Shown here: piece by piece, positions 8,889 to 18,044 of the stretch | Layout: every line of letters starts with the position of its first letter | Numbering within the stretch: the first letter of the stretch is position 1 | Assembly: GCA_963666565.1 (NCBI GenBank) | Contig: OY762911.1 | Span: forward strand, 1,280,001-1,344,000 | Direction: 5' to 3' | Source of the DNA: Thermoanaerobaculia bacterium | GTDB lineage: Bacteria; Acidobacteriota; Thermoanaerobaculia; Multivoradales; Multivoraceae | DNA: 64,000 nucleotides | Notes under the pieces: generated by a model | What the model was told of the DNA's origin: nothing | Seen by the model: the letters and a program-made list of their open reading frames with translations, nothing else | Database searches by the model: none | Program-made: the position numbers and the translations under genes

Positions 8889-10454
8889 CTACGTCGGCCT
8901 CCACCTGGCGGCTCGCCAGCTTTCCAGTGCCTCATCGAGTTGTTCGACGAGCGGCTGAATCTCGCTCTCCGGTCGGCCCGATTCGACACGGGAGACCTCA
9001 CGGCAGATGTCGGGCGACGTCCGTCCGGTCGCCTCGGCGAGGCCGCGGAGCTTGGTCTTGGCGATCTGCGCCGGCGTGTCGGAGGCGGAGTCGTAGACGG
9101 AGTCGAGTTGGCGGGTCGTGCTCTCCAGATCGCTGCCGTGGACGCCGAGGCTTCCCGCGTAGCTGGCCCCGTCCTCCGAGAGTCGAGACCAGATCCAGAC
9201 CTCGGGGGCGAAGCGGCCCGGCAGGTAGACCACGGGGACGTCGGGACCGCCGGCTCGCTCGATCTTCCGCTCCACGTCGCTGCTCCGCTTGTCGCCGTCG
9301 AGGACGAAGACGAAGTTCCGGATCTGGCCGAACTTGCGGAATGCCGCCGCATGGGTCGGAAACTCGTCGGCGCCGGTGTCCCTGCCGACCCGGACCGACT
9401 CTCTCCGCACTCGCTTCGTGGGCAACAGGACGTCGAAGACGCCGGACAACAGACCCTCCGCTGCCTCGTCCTCGCACAGCAGGTTCAGCGTGTCCGAGGA
9501 ACGCCCATAGAGCGCATCCTGCACGACGTCGCGGTAGGGAGGGCGCACGGCGACCTGTCCCTGTTCGTTGCGCTCGAGAAAGATCCGTCCGTTGGAGGGC
9601 ACGGAGTCCAGCACGACGGGACTGTGAGACGTGACGACGACCTGTAGGTCGTTGCGCAAGGCGAGTTGCTGAAGCTGGAGCATGAGCAACTGCTGGACCC
9701 AAGGGTGCAGGCCCGCTTCGACCTCGTCGATGAGAACGAGCGCCCCCCGAAGCTGTGCGATCTCCTGAGACAGCCGGAGGATGGCTCGTTCCCCGGCAGC
9801 CATGTGGAGCTCGGAGTAGGCCGCGCCCCCTTCCTGAGCGGCGAAGAGGAGGTTCTTTCTGCCGCTCGAGAGATCGACGACTTCCTCGTAGCGGAAGGGG
9901 AGCATCTGGTGGGCGAACTCGATCTGCGAGGCCGTGAGCGGCGTCTCCTCCGGCACGGACTTCAGGCGCGACATGCTGAGGACGCCTCGCACCTCCGATG
10001 GGTTGCTCAGGTTGCTGAGGGTGCGCAGATAGACCGGCCGCTCGGGTTGGGAGGCGTTCTTCCGCCCGAGGAAGCTGCGATTCCAGCCGACCTTCCGCCG
10101 CCACTGCATCGGCTGCCGGCCGCTGGGTGTGGAGTAGTCGAACCGGAGAATGACCTCCTGCTTCTCGTCCTTCCGGGCCCCGGTTTTCGGTCGATAGTCC
10201 GGAAAGAGAGTCGACGGCACGAAGTCCTTCACCCCGGCGCCCGGAACCTTGTAGGCGCAAGCGGCGGCGAAGAGGACGGTCGACTTGCCGGTGGCGTTCC
10301 CTCCCGCCACGACGCTCACGGGATAGTCGAAGATCACCCTGAGGTCGCGGATGCCCCGCATTCCCTGAAGGCGCACTTCCGTCAGGAAGTGGGGCAGGTG
10401 AGGCTTCTTGCCCTGAAGTTGCTGCCAGACCTCTCTCAATCGCTCCTGCAGCAT
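8889..10454 (-). CDS. ABC/AAA ATPase fused to a TOPRIM-like domain (OLD/PARIS-like candidate defence nuclease)
   Basis: Walker A GGNATGKS, signature-like AAGE, Walker B LIDEVEAGLHP, TSHS; C-terminal LLCED, FVLDGD, LPG..APE. Confidence 0.8.
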   Translation of the reverse strand: MLQERLREVWQQLQGKKPHLPHFLTEVRLQGMRGIRDLRVIFDYPVSVVAGGNATGKSTVLFAAACAYKVPGAGVKDFVPSTLFPDYRPKTGARKDEKQEVILRFDYSTPSGRQPMQWRRKVGWNRSFLGRKNASQPERPVYLRTLSNLSNPSEVRGVLSMSRLKSVPEETPLTASQIEFAHQMLPFRYEEVVDLSSGRKNLLFAAQEGGAAYSELHMAAGERAILRLSQEIAQLRGALVLIDEVEAGLHPWVQQLLMLQLQQLALRNDLQVVVTSHSPVVLDSVPSNGRIFLERNEQGQVAVRPPYRDVVQDALYGRSSDTLNLLCEDEAAEGLLSGVFDVLLPTKRVRRESVRVGRDTGADEFPTHAAAFRKFGQIRNFVFVLDGDKRSSDVERKIERAGGPDVPVVYLPGRFAPEVWIWSRLSEDGASYAGSLGVHGSDLESTTRQLDSVYDSASDTPAQIAKTKLRGLAEATGRTSPDICREVSRVESGRPESEIQPLVEQLDEALESWRAARWRPT

Positions 10455-10580
10455 GGGGTTCTCCAGCAACTCGTTGGTCGACTGGTCGGATGGTGTCCGG
10501 CCCGTCCGCCTGACCGAGGGTCGCGCCGCGGGAGACAGCGTAACAAGGCATGGGGAAAGGGCGGGTCACGACGCGCGGCT

Positions 10581-10658
10581 CCGCCATTGTCGCCGGCTTC
10601 GGCAGGCGGCCTGTCGTCCGGGTGCGCCGCTCCGCGGCTCCGCCCGCGAACGGGTCGG
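10581..10658 (+). repeat. ~80-bp imperfect direct repeat, right copy
   Basis: Same orientation as, and similar to, 8468-8546. Confidence 0.8.
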
Positions 10659-10778
10659 GCACCCGGGTGGCGCGATCCGCGCCACCCGTGAACCAGTCCG
10701 GGCGCCCGATAGTGGGCGCACCGATGGCAGACCCTCGCGGCACGACCTGTGCATCCCACCGGGCTAAGCTCATGCTCG

Positions 10779-11189
10779 ATGCATCTGCCCACTCTCAACG
10801 CGATTCTGAACGCCACGGCGGCGACGCTGCTGGTGATCGGCTACGTCCTCATCCGCCGCGGCGACCGGGAGCGGCACAAGCGGGTCATGCTGTCGGCGCT
10901 GGGGTGCTCGGCGGCGTTCCTGATCTCCTATCTCTACTACCACTACCAGGTCGGCTCGGTTCACTTCGAGGGCGAAGGGGCCGTGCGGACCGTGTATCTC
11001 GGCATCCTGCTGACCCACACGGTGCTGGCGGCGGCGGTGCCGTTTCTGGCGATCGTCACCGTCGTCCTGGGTCTTCGGGGTCGGTACGAGCGGCACAGGA
11101 AGATCGCCCGCGTCACGTTGCCGATCTGGCTCTACGTGTCGGTGACGGGGGTCGTCGTCTACTGGATGCTGTACCGCATGTCGTGGTGA
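10779..11189 (+). CDS. DUF420 (YozB-like) membrane protein
   Basis: LPTLNAILN, HKRVM, FLISYLYYH, HRKIAR.TLPIWLYVSVTGV. Confidence 0.9.
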   Translation: MHLPTLNAILNATAATLLVIGYVLIRRGDRERHKRVMLSALGCSAAFLISYLYYHYQVGSVHFEGEGAVRTVYLGILLTHTVLAAAVPFLAIVTVVLGLRGRYERHRKIARVTLPIWLYVSVTGVVVYWMLYRMSW

Positions 11190-13735
11190 CGTTCGCGGCA
11201 GACCGTGTGCGCGCCGTCGGCGGGCTGCTGCTGGCGGCGTGCCTGCTGCCCGCGCTCGCGGCGGCGCGGCAGGCGGCGCCGGCGCCGGAACCGGACTGGC
11301 GGCTCGCCGAGTGGACCGCCAGTGAACGGGAGTTCTTCCTCGACGGACCGCAGTTTCTGCTCGCTCCGGCCGAACTCGAGCGGGTGCGCGAGCTCGACCC
11401 GGCGTCCCGCCTCGAGTACATCGACACCTTCCTCGACCGCGCCAAGGTGGCCGAGGCCGTCGACCGCCGCCGCCAGCGCGTGCGCCTTGCTGGCCTGCCG
11501 TTCTTCGACGTCCGCGCCCGGCTGCTCTTCCTGCACGGCGAGCCGGACGCGGTCGATCCGGTCGACTGCGACCAGACGTTCCGCCCGCTTCAGCTCTGGC
11601 GCTACGGACCGGAGGACGGCGAGCACACGATCCTCGTCCTCTACCAGCCGAAGCCGAACGAGGTCTTCCGGCTGTGGCTGCCGGAGGACACGAAGCGCGC
11701 CCTCTACATGCCGGAGATGGAGTACTTCCTCGAGCAGTACGAGGAACTCCGCGGCCTGCTGCGGGCCCGCCGCTTCGACCTGCAGGTCTGCGAGGAGGCC
11801 CGCCGGGTCGACGAGATCACCGGTATCCGCGGCCTCTTCGGCTTCCGCCGTGACCGTCGAACGGACGAGGACTTCCTGGCCTGGCTGGCGCCGCCGGCCG
11901 ATGTCGAAGCGTGGGCGGAACAGGCGGCCGTCGACGTGGTGTCCGGGCCGGCGCCGCTGGAGCTGGAGGAACCGATCCTCACCTTCCCGGAGCAGCGCGG
12001 GCAGCGGATCCTGGCGCGGATCCTCCTCTCGCTGCCTCCGGGCGCCGCGATCGAGCCCTTCGTCGACGATGCCGGCAGGCAGCAGACGCGAATCAACGTG
12101 GAGGGCATGGTCGAACTGCCGGGCCGGGTCTTCGAGACTTTCAAGATGCGCTTCGTCTCCGGCGCGCCGGAAGCGGATCGTTCCATGGCCCTGCCGATCG
12201 AAAGGCCGTTCCGGCCGGGTTCCGTCTTCCTGCTCCGGCTCTTCGTGCGCGACGAGGTCGGCGGCGCGGCGGCGTTCGCCTCGGTGCCCGTCGAGGTGCC
12301 CCTGCGCCCGCAGGCGGCGCCGGTGGAACCGGAGGACCAGCTCCGCCTGGTCATGGCTGCCGAGGACCTGCCCGAGACGGTGCTCGACGCGCGCAACGCG
12401 ATCATGCTGGTGCCGCCCGAGAGCGACGTGGTGATCGGCCTCTGGCGGGCGGAGACCCTGGTCACCGGCAACGACATCGTGGCCGTCCGGTTCCTGGTCG
12501 ACGACAGGGTCCAGGTGACCCGCCGCCGGCCGCCGTTCACCGCCGAGGTCCGGCTGGCGAAGTACCCGGAGGAGCAGGTCGTCCGGGTCGAGGGCCTGAA
12601 CGAGGAACGCGAGGTCGTGGACGCCGACGAGATCGTGCTGAACCAGCAGCGGGGCGAGCTCCGCGTGACGATCAACGAGCCGCGCCGGGGCGTCCGCGTT
12701 TCGGGCAAGGTCGAGGCCGCGGCCACGGTCATCGTGCCCGAGGAACGCCTCGTCGAGGAAGTGGAGTTCAGCGTCGGCGGGGAGGTCCAGGCCATGCTGC
12801 GCCGGCCGCCGTGGCGGGCGGAGGTCGAGGCGCCGGCCGGCATCGGCGAGCAGGACATCGTCTACCTGACCGTCGCGGCGACGCTCGACGACGGCAGCCG
12901 GGCCGAGGACGTCCGCTTCCTGAACGCGCCGGCCTTCACCGACACTCTGGAAGTCGATCTCGTGGAGCTCTACACCACGGTGGTGGACGGCCAGAACCGG
13001 CCGGTGACGAGCCTGGTGGAGAGCGACTTCACCGTCTTCGAGGACGGACGGCGCCAGGAACTCGCCAAGTTCGAACTGGTGGAGGACCTGCCGCTGACCC
13101 TGGGGGTCGTCATCGACACCTCGGGCTCGATGGAGACCTCGCTGGGCGAGGCGCGCCGGACCGCCTCGCAGTTCCTGACGAACATGATCACGCCGCGCGA
13201 CCGGTCCTTCGCGGTGGCCTTCGCCTCGCGGCCGGAACTGCTGATCGGGCGGACCTCGGACGTCAGCGCGGTGGCCTCGGTGATCGAACGGCTGCGGGCG
13301 GTGGGCAACACGGCTCTGCACGACGCGTTGATCACCAGCCTCTACTACTTCCGGGGCGTGCGCGGGCGGCGCGCGTTGGTGCTGCTCTCGGACGGCGAGG
13401 ACACGTCCAGCACCGTCGAGTTCCGGGACGCCGAGGAGTACGCGCGCCGCTCGGGCGTGTCCATCTACACGATCGGACTCGGCGTCGGCCGTACCCAGAT
13501 GATCCTCCGCAACAAGCTGAGCGACCTGGCGAAGGTCACCGGCGGCCGGTCGTTCTTCATCTCGAAGGCCGAGGACCTGGCGCCCGTCTACGGCGACATC
13601 GAGCGCGAACTGCGCTCGCAGTACCTGCTGGCCTATACCTCCGACCGCGGCGGCGAGGGCGACGAGTACCGCGAGGTGGAGGTCCGGGTGAAGGGACGCT
13701 TCAAGGCGCGCACGATCAGCGGCTACTACCCGTGA
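11186..13735 (+). CDS. VWA domain protein with GWxTD-like N-terminus and Ig-like domains (Acidobacterial type)
   Basis: DVRARLLFLHGEPD; MIDAS DTSGS, TALHDA, LSDGED; TGGRSF, ELRSQYLLAY. Confidence 0.85.
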   Translation: MTFAADRVRAVGGLLLAACLLPALAAARQAAPAPEPDWRLAEWTASEREFFLDGPQFLLAPAELERVRELDPASRLEYIDTFLDRAKVAEAVDRRRQRVRLAGLPFFDVRARLLFLHGEPDAVDPVDCDQTFRPLQLWRYGPEDGEHTILVLYQPKPNEVFRLWLPEDTKRALYMPEMEYFLEQYEELRGLLRARRFDLQVCEEARRVDEITGIRGLFGFRRDRRTDEDFLAWLAPPADVEAWAEQAAVDVVSGPAPLELEEPILTFPEQRGQRILARILLSLPPGAAIEPFVDDAGRQQTRINVEGMVELPGRVFETFKMRFVSGAPEADRSMALPIERPFRPGSVFLLRLFVRDEVGGAAAFASVPVEVPLRPQAAPVEPEDQLRLVMAAEDLPETVLDARNAIMLVPPESDVVIGLWRAETLVTGNDIVAVRFLVDDRVQVTRRRPPFTAEVRLAKYPEEQVVRVEGLNEEREVVDADEIVLNQQRGELRVTINEPRRGVRVSGKVEAAATVIVPEERLVEEVEFSVGGEVQAMLRRPPWRAEVEAPAGIGEQDIVYLTVAATLDDGSRAEDVRFLNAPAFTDTLEVDLVELYTTVVDGQNRPVTSLVESDFTVFEDGRRQELAKFELVEDLPLTLGVVIDTSGSMETSLGEARRTASQFLTNMITPRDRSFAVAFASRPELLIGRTSDVSAVASVIERLRAVGNTALHDALITSLYYFRGVRGRRALVLLSDGEDTSSTVEFRDAEEYARRSGVSIYTIGLGVGRTQMILRNKLSDLAKVTGGRSFFISKAEDLAPVYGDIERELRSQYLLAYTSDRGGEGDEYREVEVRVKGRFKARTISGYYP

Positions 13736-14409
13736 CGGCTCGCGCGAGCCGCTTGCGGGCGGGCCTCCTGTCGCTCGTGCTCGCGCTGGCGGCCGCCGCG
13801 TCGGCCCCGGCCCAGGAGAACGGCGCCCGGACGTTCTCGTTCGAGCGGCTGAACCGGGTCTACGAGCAGTTGATCGACGACCTCTCCGTCATCCGGATCG
13901 GCCCGGCCGAGGTGGCCCTGCGCTCGCCCGAGCACGCCCTGACCGTCGTTCGCCACGAGGCGACGCTCGTCCCGGGCGACGACGGCGCGTTCGAGACCGA
14001 ACTCGAACTGGAGATCGAGGGCGACGGACGGATCTCGGCCGACGTCGTCATCGGCAGCCTGGAGAGCCAGTTGACCCAGGAACTCGTCGTGCCGCGCCAG
14101 ACCCTGCGCCTGGAGGGTGAGATCGCCATCCGGCGCGACGAGGAGGGCTACCGGATCCGGACGGAACGCATGCCGGCGACGACCCAGGTGCGGATCGAGA
14201 GCGAGCTCGCCACCCAGCTCTTCACCGTCTGCCGGCAGATGGCCCTGGTGCTCGTCAGCCTGGACTGCGAGGCGATCGAGCGCGCCGTCACCCTGATCGC
14301 GGTCCCGCTGCCGGAGGCGGGCGCCGAGTACCTCATCGCGCTCGCGGACACGACGCCGGAAGAAAGAAGGGAGCTCGACCGGTTCCTGCGCGCGAACCGG
14401 AGGCCCTGA
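13732..14409 (+). CDS. Hypothetical secreted protein
   Basis: GTGA overlap, signal-peptide-like N-terminus, GC3-biased codons. Confidence 0.7.
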   Translation: MTARASRLRAGLLSLVLALAAAASAPAQENGARTFSFERLNRVYEQLIDDLSVIRIGPAEVALRSPEHALTVVRHEATLVPGDDGAFETELELEIEGDGRISADVVIGSLESQLTQELVVPRQTLRLEGEIAIRRDEEGYRIRTERMPATTQVRIESELATQLFTVCRQMALVLVSLDCEAIERAVTLIAVPLPEAGAEYLIALADTTPEERRELDRFLRANRRP

Positions 14410-14471
14410 CGCCGGGCATCCGGTAGGATTCGCGCCGCTCGGCCGCCACGGCCGACCCAGGAGTTGCACCC

Positions 14472-15020
14472 ATGGCTACCCGTCGGATGATCTCGCGCCT
14501 CTTCTACTTCACGATCGAAGACGAGGGCATCCTCGCCGAGTCCTTCGCCGGACTCGACTCGGAGACCTTCGCGATCGCGTACAAGGTCGAGGACACGGAC
14601 GACGTCTTCGTCATGACCAGCGAGACGCGGGACGCGCTGGACCGGGCGGACGTGCCGTACAACCTGCTCGCCGAGGAGGACGGTTCGAAGATCGCCCTCT
14701 TCCACTCCCCGCTCTCGCGCGAGGAACTCTCCGACTTCGAGGACCCGCTGAAGGCGCTCGCGCTCGCCTACCGGGCGATCGCCATGGCCTGCGTCGGCGT
14801 GAACGGCGAATCGGACCTCGGCTTCGACCTGAGCGAGGGGATGCGCAACTACACCTACTTCACCGCGCCGGCCGGCCACACCTTCATCTGGCGGCTGTTC
14901 ACCCACCGCGACGAGGCGCGCCGGTTCCTGGACAAGCTGACGATCGGCGACAAGAACGCCCTGGAGTGGGCCGAGGCGATTCCGATGGAGTCGATGATCG
15001 AACTCACCGGCTTCCACTGA
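14472..15020 (+). CDS. Hypothetical acidic protein
   Basis: AGGAG RBS, protein-like composition, strong codon bias. Confidence 0.75.
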   Translation: MATRRMISRLFYFTIEDEGILAESFAGLDSETFAIAYKVEDTDDVFVMTSETRDALDRADVPYNLLAEEDGSKIALFHSPLSREELSDFEDPLKALALAYRAIAMACVGVNGESDLGFDLSEGMRNYTYFTAPAGHTFIWRLFTHRDEARRFLDKLTIGDKNALEWAEAIPMESMIELTGFH

Positions 15021-15042
15021 GCCGACCCTCGGGCCGCGCGCG

Positions 15043-16611
15043 TTGAACCGCCTCGATTCCGACCTGCCGGCCGGCACCTACACCGTCTCCGAGTTCGCCT
15101 GGGAGATGAAGGGACTGCTCGCCGACGCGTACCCGGCGGTCTGGGTCGCGGGCGAGGTCCAGCGACTGCGGCCGGCGGCCAGGGGCCAGCTCTACTTCGA
15201 GATGATCGAGAAGGGCCGCGGCGACCGCATCCAGGCGAAGCTCGACTGCGTGCTCTGGTCCGACGAGCGCGCCGTCATCGAGGCGGAACTGCGCGAGGCC
15301 GGCGTCGAACTGGCCGAGGGCGCCGTGCTGCGTTGCTGCGGCCGTCCCGAGTTCTGGCCCGGCGGCGGCCGGCTCCAGTTCACGGTCCGCGAGGTCGATC
15401 CGCTCTTCTCGCTCGGCGCGCTCGAGAAGCGGCGCCGCGAGACGCTGCGGGCGCTGGAGGCCGAGGGCCTGCTGGAGCGCAACAAGAAGCTGCCGCTGCC
15501 GCCGGCGCCGCTCGAGATCGGGCTCGTCACGTCCGAGGGCAGCGCCGCCTACCACGACTTTCTCGACACCCTGCTCAACTCCGGCCTGGGCTTTCGCGTG
15601 CGTCTCGTCCATTCGGCGGTCCAGGGAGCGGCGGCCGAGGCCGAGATCGCCCGCGCCTTCGACCTGCTCGGCGCCTTCGCGGGCGGCGGCCGCCGGCTCG
15701 ATGCGATCGCGCTGATCCGGGGCGGCGGCTCGCGCTCCGACCTGGCTACCTTCGACAGTCGACGGGTGGCGCGCGCGGTGGCCCGGTCTCGCGTGCCGGT
15801 CGTCTGCGGCATCGGCCACCAGATCGACGTGTCGATCGCCGACGTCGTCGCCCACACCTCCTGCAAGACGCCCACGGAGGCGGCCGAGTTCCTGGTCGGC
15901 CGCGTCGAGGAGGCCGCCTGGCGCGTCGAGGAGGCGCAACGGGAACTCCTGGCCCGGGCGACGCGCGTCCTGGAGGGAGCGGCCCGGCGCGTGGAGATCG
16001 TGGCGCCGCGCTTCTCCTCTCCGGTGCGCGCGCTGCTGCTGCGAGGCGCCGACGCCTGCTCCGCGCTGGAGCGGGGCCTCGCCCGGGCGGGACGAGTCGC
16101 CCTGGCCGGGGCCGAGCGTTCGCTGCGGGACGTTCGGCGGTCGCTCGGCAGGCAGGCCGTCGTTCCCGCCGTCCGCGCGAGCGACCGTCTGCTGGGGGTG
16201 GCGACCCGGTTGCCCGCCGCAAGCCGGCGCCACCTGACGGATGCGAGCCGGAGGGAACGCGCCCTCCGGCCCCGGTTGCGGCCTGCCGCCGACCGGGTGC
16301 TGCGCCGGTCGGCGGAGCACGTCGCCGCGGCGGCGCGCCTCTGCGATCAACTGGCGCCGGAGCGGACGCTCGCCCGCGGCTTCAGCGTGACCCGGCGGGC
16401 CGACGGCGCCCTGGTGCGCAGCATCGGCGAGGTCGCTCCGGGCGCGGAACTGCGGACCCGCCTTGCCGACGGCCTGATCGCGAGCCGGGTCGACCGGGTG
16501 GACGGACGCGGCGGTCCCGGCGACGGGGCCGACGGCCTGGACGCCGGATCGGGGAAGATGGGCGCGCCGGGCGCGGTCGAGGACGGGGCGGCGGCGAAGG
16601 AGACGAGATGA
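15043..16611 (+). CDS. xseA: Exodeoxyribonuclease VII large subunit
   Basis: VWVAGEV OB fold, RGGGS..DL, GIGHQID, TPTEAAE, TLARGFSV. Confidence 0.9.
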   Translation: MNRLDSDLPAGTYTVSEFAWEMKGLLADAYPAVWVAGEVQRLRPAARGQLYFEMIEKGRGDRIQAKLDCVLWSDERAVIEAELREAGVELAEGAVLRCCGRPEFWPGGGRLQFTVREVDPLFSLGALEKRRRETLRALEAEGLLERNKKLPLPPAPLEIGLVTSEGSAAYHDFLDTLLNSGLGFRVRLVHSAVQGAAAEAEIARAFDLLGAFAGGGRRLDAIALIRGGGSRSDLATFDSRRVARAVARSRVPVVCGIGHQIDVSIADVVAHTSCKTPTEAAEFLVGRVEEAAWRVEEAQRELLARATRVLEGAARRVEIVAPRFSSPVRALLLRGADACSALERGLARAGRVALAGAERSLRDVRRSLGRQAVVPAVRASDRLLGVATRLPAASRRHLTDASRRERALRPRLRPAADRVLRRSAEHVAAAARLCDQLAPERTLARGFSVTRRADGALVRSIGEVAPGAELRTRLADGLIASRVDRVDGRGGPGDGADGLDAGSGKMGAPGAVEDGAAAKETR

Positions 16612-16997
16612 GTTCGACGGAACGGGGCGCGGCCCCCGAGATGAGCTTCAGCGAGGCCATGCAAGAACTGGAGGCGGTGCTTCGCCGCATCGAGGGCGAG
16701 GAGATCGACATCGACCGGCTTGGCGCGGAGCTGGGGCGGGCCGCGAAGCTGCTGGAGATCTGCCGCGGGAAGATTCGCCGAGCCGAAGTCGAGGTCCGGC
16801 AGATCGTGGAGCAGATCGAGGAGGACGCGCCCGGCTCGACGGACGCGGCCGCTGGCGCCGGCGGGGCCGTCGGCGCTGCCGGGCCCGAGTCTTCCGCCGC
16901 GCCCGGCTCGACCGGTGCTTCCGCCGACGCCGCCGGGGCCGAGGCTCCCGCGGCGCGGCTCGCGTCCGCGGACGAGCAGGACGACATCCCCTTCTGA
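16608..16997 (+). CDS. xseB: Exodeoxyribonuclease VII small subunit with low-complexity tail
   Basis: SFSEAMQELEAVLRRIE...LLEICRGKIRRAE; follows xseA. Confidence 0.85.
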   Translation: MSSTERGAAPEMSFSEAMQELEAVLRRIEGEEIDIDRLGAELGRAAKLLEICRGKIRRAEVEVRQIVEQIEEDAPGSTDAAAGAGGAVGAAGPESSAAPGSTGASADAAGAEAPAARLASADEQDDIPF

Positions 16998-17842
16998 TGT
17001 TCGAGCGCCAGAAAACGGGCTCCGTCGTCTGCCCCGGCTGCGGCCGGCTGGTCGGCGTGCAGGACGAGCGCTGCTGGAACTGCGGCCAGGCGCGGCCCAG
17101 CATGTTCGGGTTCGCGCGGGCCCTGCAGCGCCTGGGCAACGAGGCGGCGTTTCCGACCGTGGTGATCGGCATCTGCGTCGTGATCTACGTGCTGGAACTC
17201 CTGATGGCGCCGGGCCAGGTCAACACGCAGGTCGGATTCGGCTTCCTGGCGCCGGACCTGGAGATCGGCGTCCGCTTCGGCGCCAGCGGCGCCCTGCTCG
17301 TCTTCGACTACGGCCGCTGGTGGACGATCCTGAGCGCCGGCTGGCTGCACGGCGGCCTGCTGCACATCGCCTTCAACATGTACTGGGTGTACCAGCTCGG
17401 CCCGATCGTCGCCCGGCTCTACGGCGTGCCCCGCGCGGCGATCCTCTACCTCCTGTCCTCGGCGACGGGCTTCCTGGTGACCAGCGCGATGCCGGTGATG
17501 GCGCCGTGGATGCCGTTCGCCAACCGCAACAGCATCACCCTCGGCGCTTCGGCGGCGGTGTTCGGCTGGCTTGGGGCGCTGCTCTGCTACTCCCGGCAGA
17601 GCGGCGGGCGCATGTTCATGAGGCAGGTGCTGGGGATGGCCATCCCGCTGGTGCTGTTCGGGCTGCTGATTCCCGGCATCGACAACTGGGCGCATCTCGG
17701 CGGGCTGGCCGGGGGCTACCTGCTGGCGAGCCGGTACGGCCCCAACACGGAGGAGCGGCCCGGGCAGGTACTCGCCGCCCTCGCGCTGCTCGCCGTGTCG
17801 CTGCTGGCGGTGCCGCTGTCGATCGTCTCCTGGGCGTTCTGA
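16997..17842 (+). CDS. Rhomboid intramembrane serine protease with N-terminal Zn ribbon
   Basis: CPGC..CWNC, H...HIAFN, GASAA, AHLGG. Confidence 0.9.
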   Translation: MFERQKTGSVVCPGCGRLVGVQDERCWNCGQARPSMFGFARALQRLGNEAAFPTVVIGICVVIYVLELLMAPGQVNTQVGFGFLAPDLEIGVRFGASGALLVFDYGRWWTILSAGWLHGGLLHIAFNMYWVYQLGPIVARLYGVPRAAILYLLSSATGFLVTSAMPVMAPWMPFANRNSITLGASAAVFGWLGALLCYSRQSGGRMFMRQVLGMAIPLVLFGLLIPGIDNWAHLGGLAGGYLLASRYGPNTEERPGQVLAALALLAVSLLAVPLSIVSWAF

Positions 17843-17906
17843 CCGGCCGGGAGTACGAGCATCCTCAAGGCCGTCTGCCGGGTGCGCGGGGGGCTGGCCG
17901 CCTGCT

Positions 17907-17978
17907 GGGTGCGCGGGTCCTCTGACCCGCTCCCGCCGAGGGCGGCCGGAAGAACGCGCCGGCCACAGGCCGGCGACG
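17907..17978 (+). repeat. Three-hairpin REP-like element
   Basis: GGGTGCGCGGGTCCTCTGACCCG, CCGCCGAGGGCGG, GCCGGCCACAGGCCGGC. Confidence 0.75.
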
Positions 17979-18001
17979 ATCTTGGCGTCGCCGCCGCGGC
18001 C

Positions 18002-18039
18002 GACGAATAACTTTTCGCCAAAGTGGTGTACTATTCGCC
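18002..18039 (+). promoter_or_regulatory. Putative tandem ARG boxes overlapping a -10 element (TACTAT)
   Basis: AT-rich patch: gaCGAATAacTTTTCGcc and agTGGTGTacTATTCGcc, 2 nt apart, just upstream of argC; argR is in the operon. Confidence 0.45.
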
Positions 18040-18044
18040 ACCTT

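Noticed and set aside
16960-16997. SSB-like DDIPF tail on XseB as a functional SSB mimic
   Set aside because: Short acidic-Pro-Phe endings are common on low-complexity tails and there is no other support; conservation in orthologues would be needed
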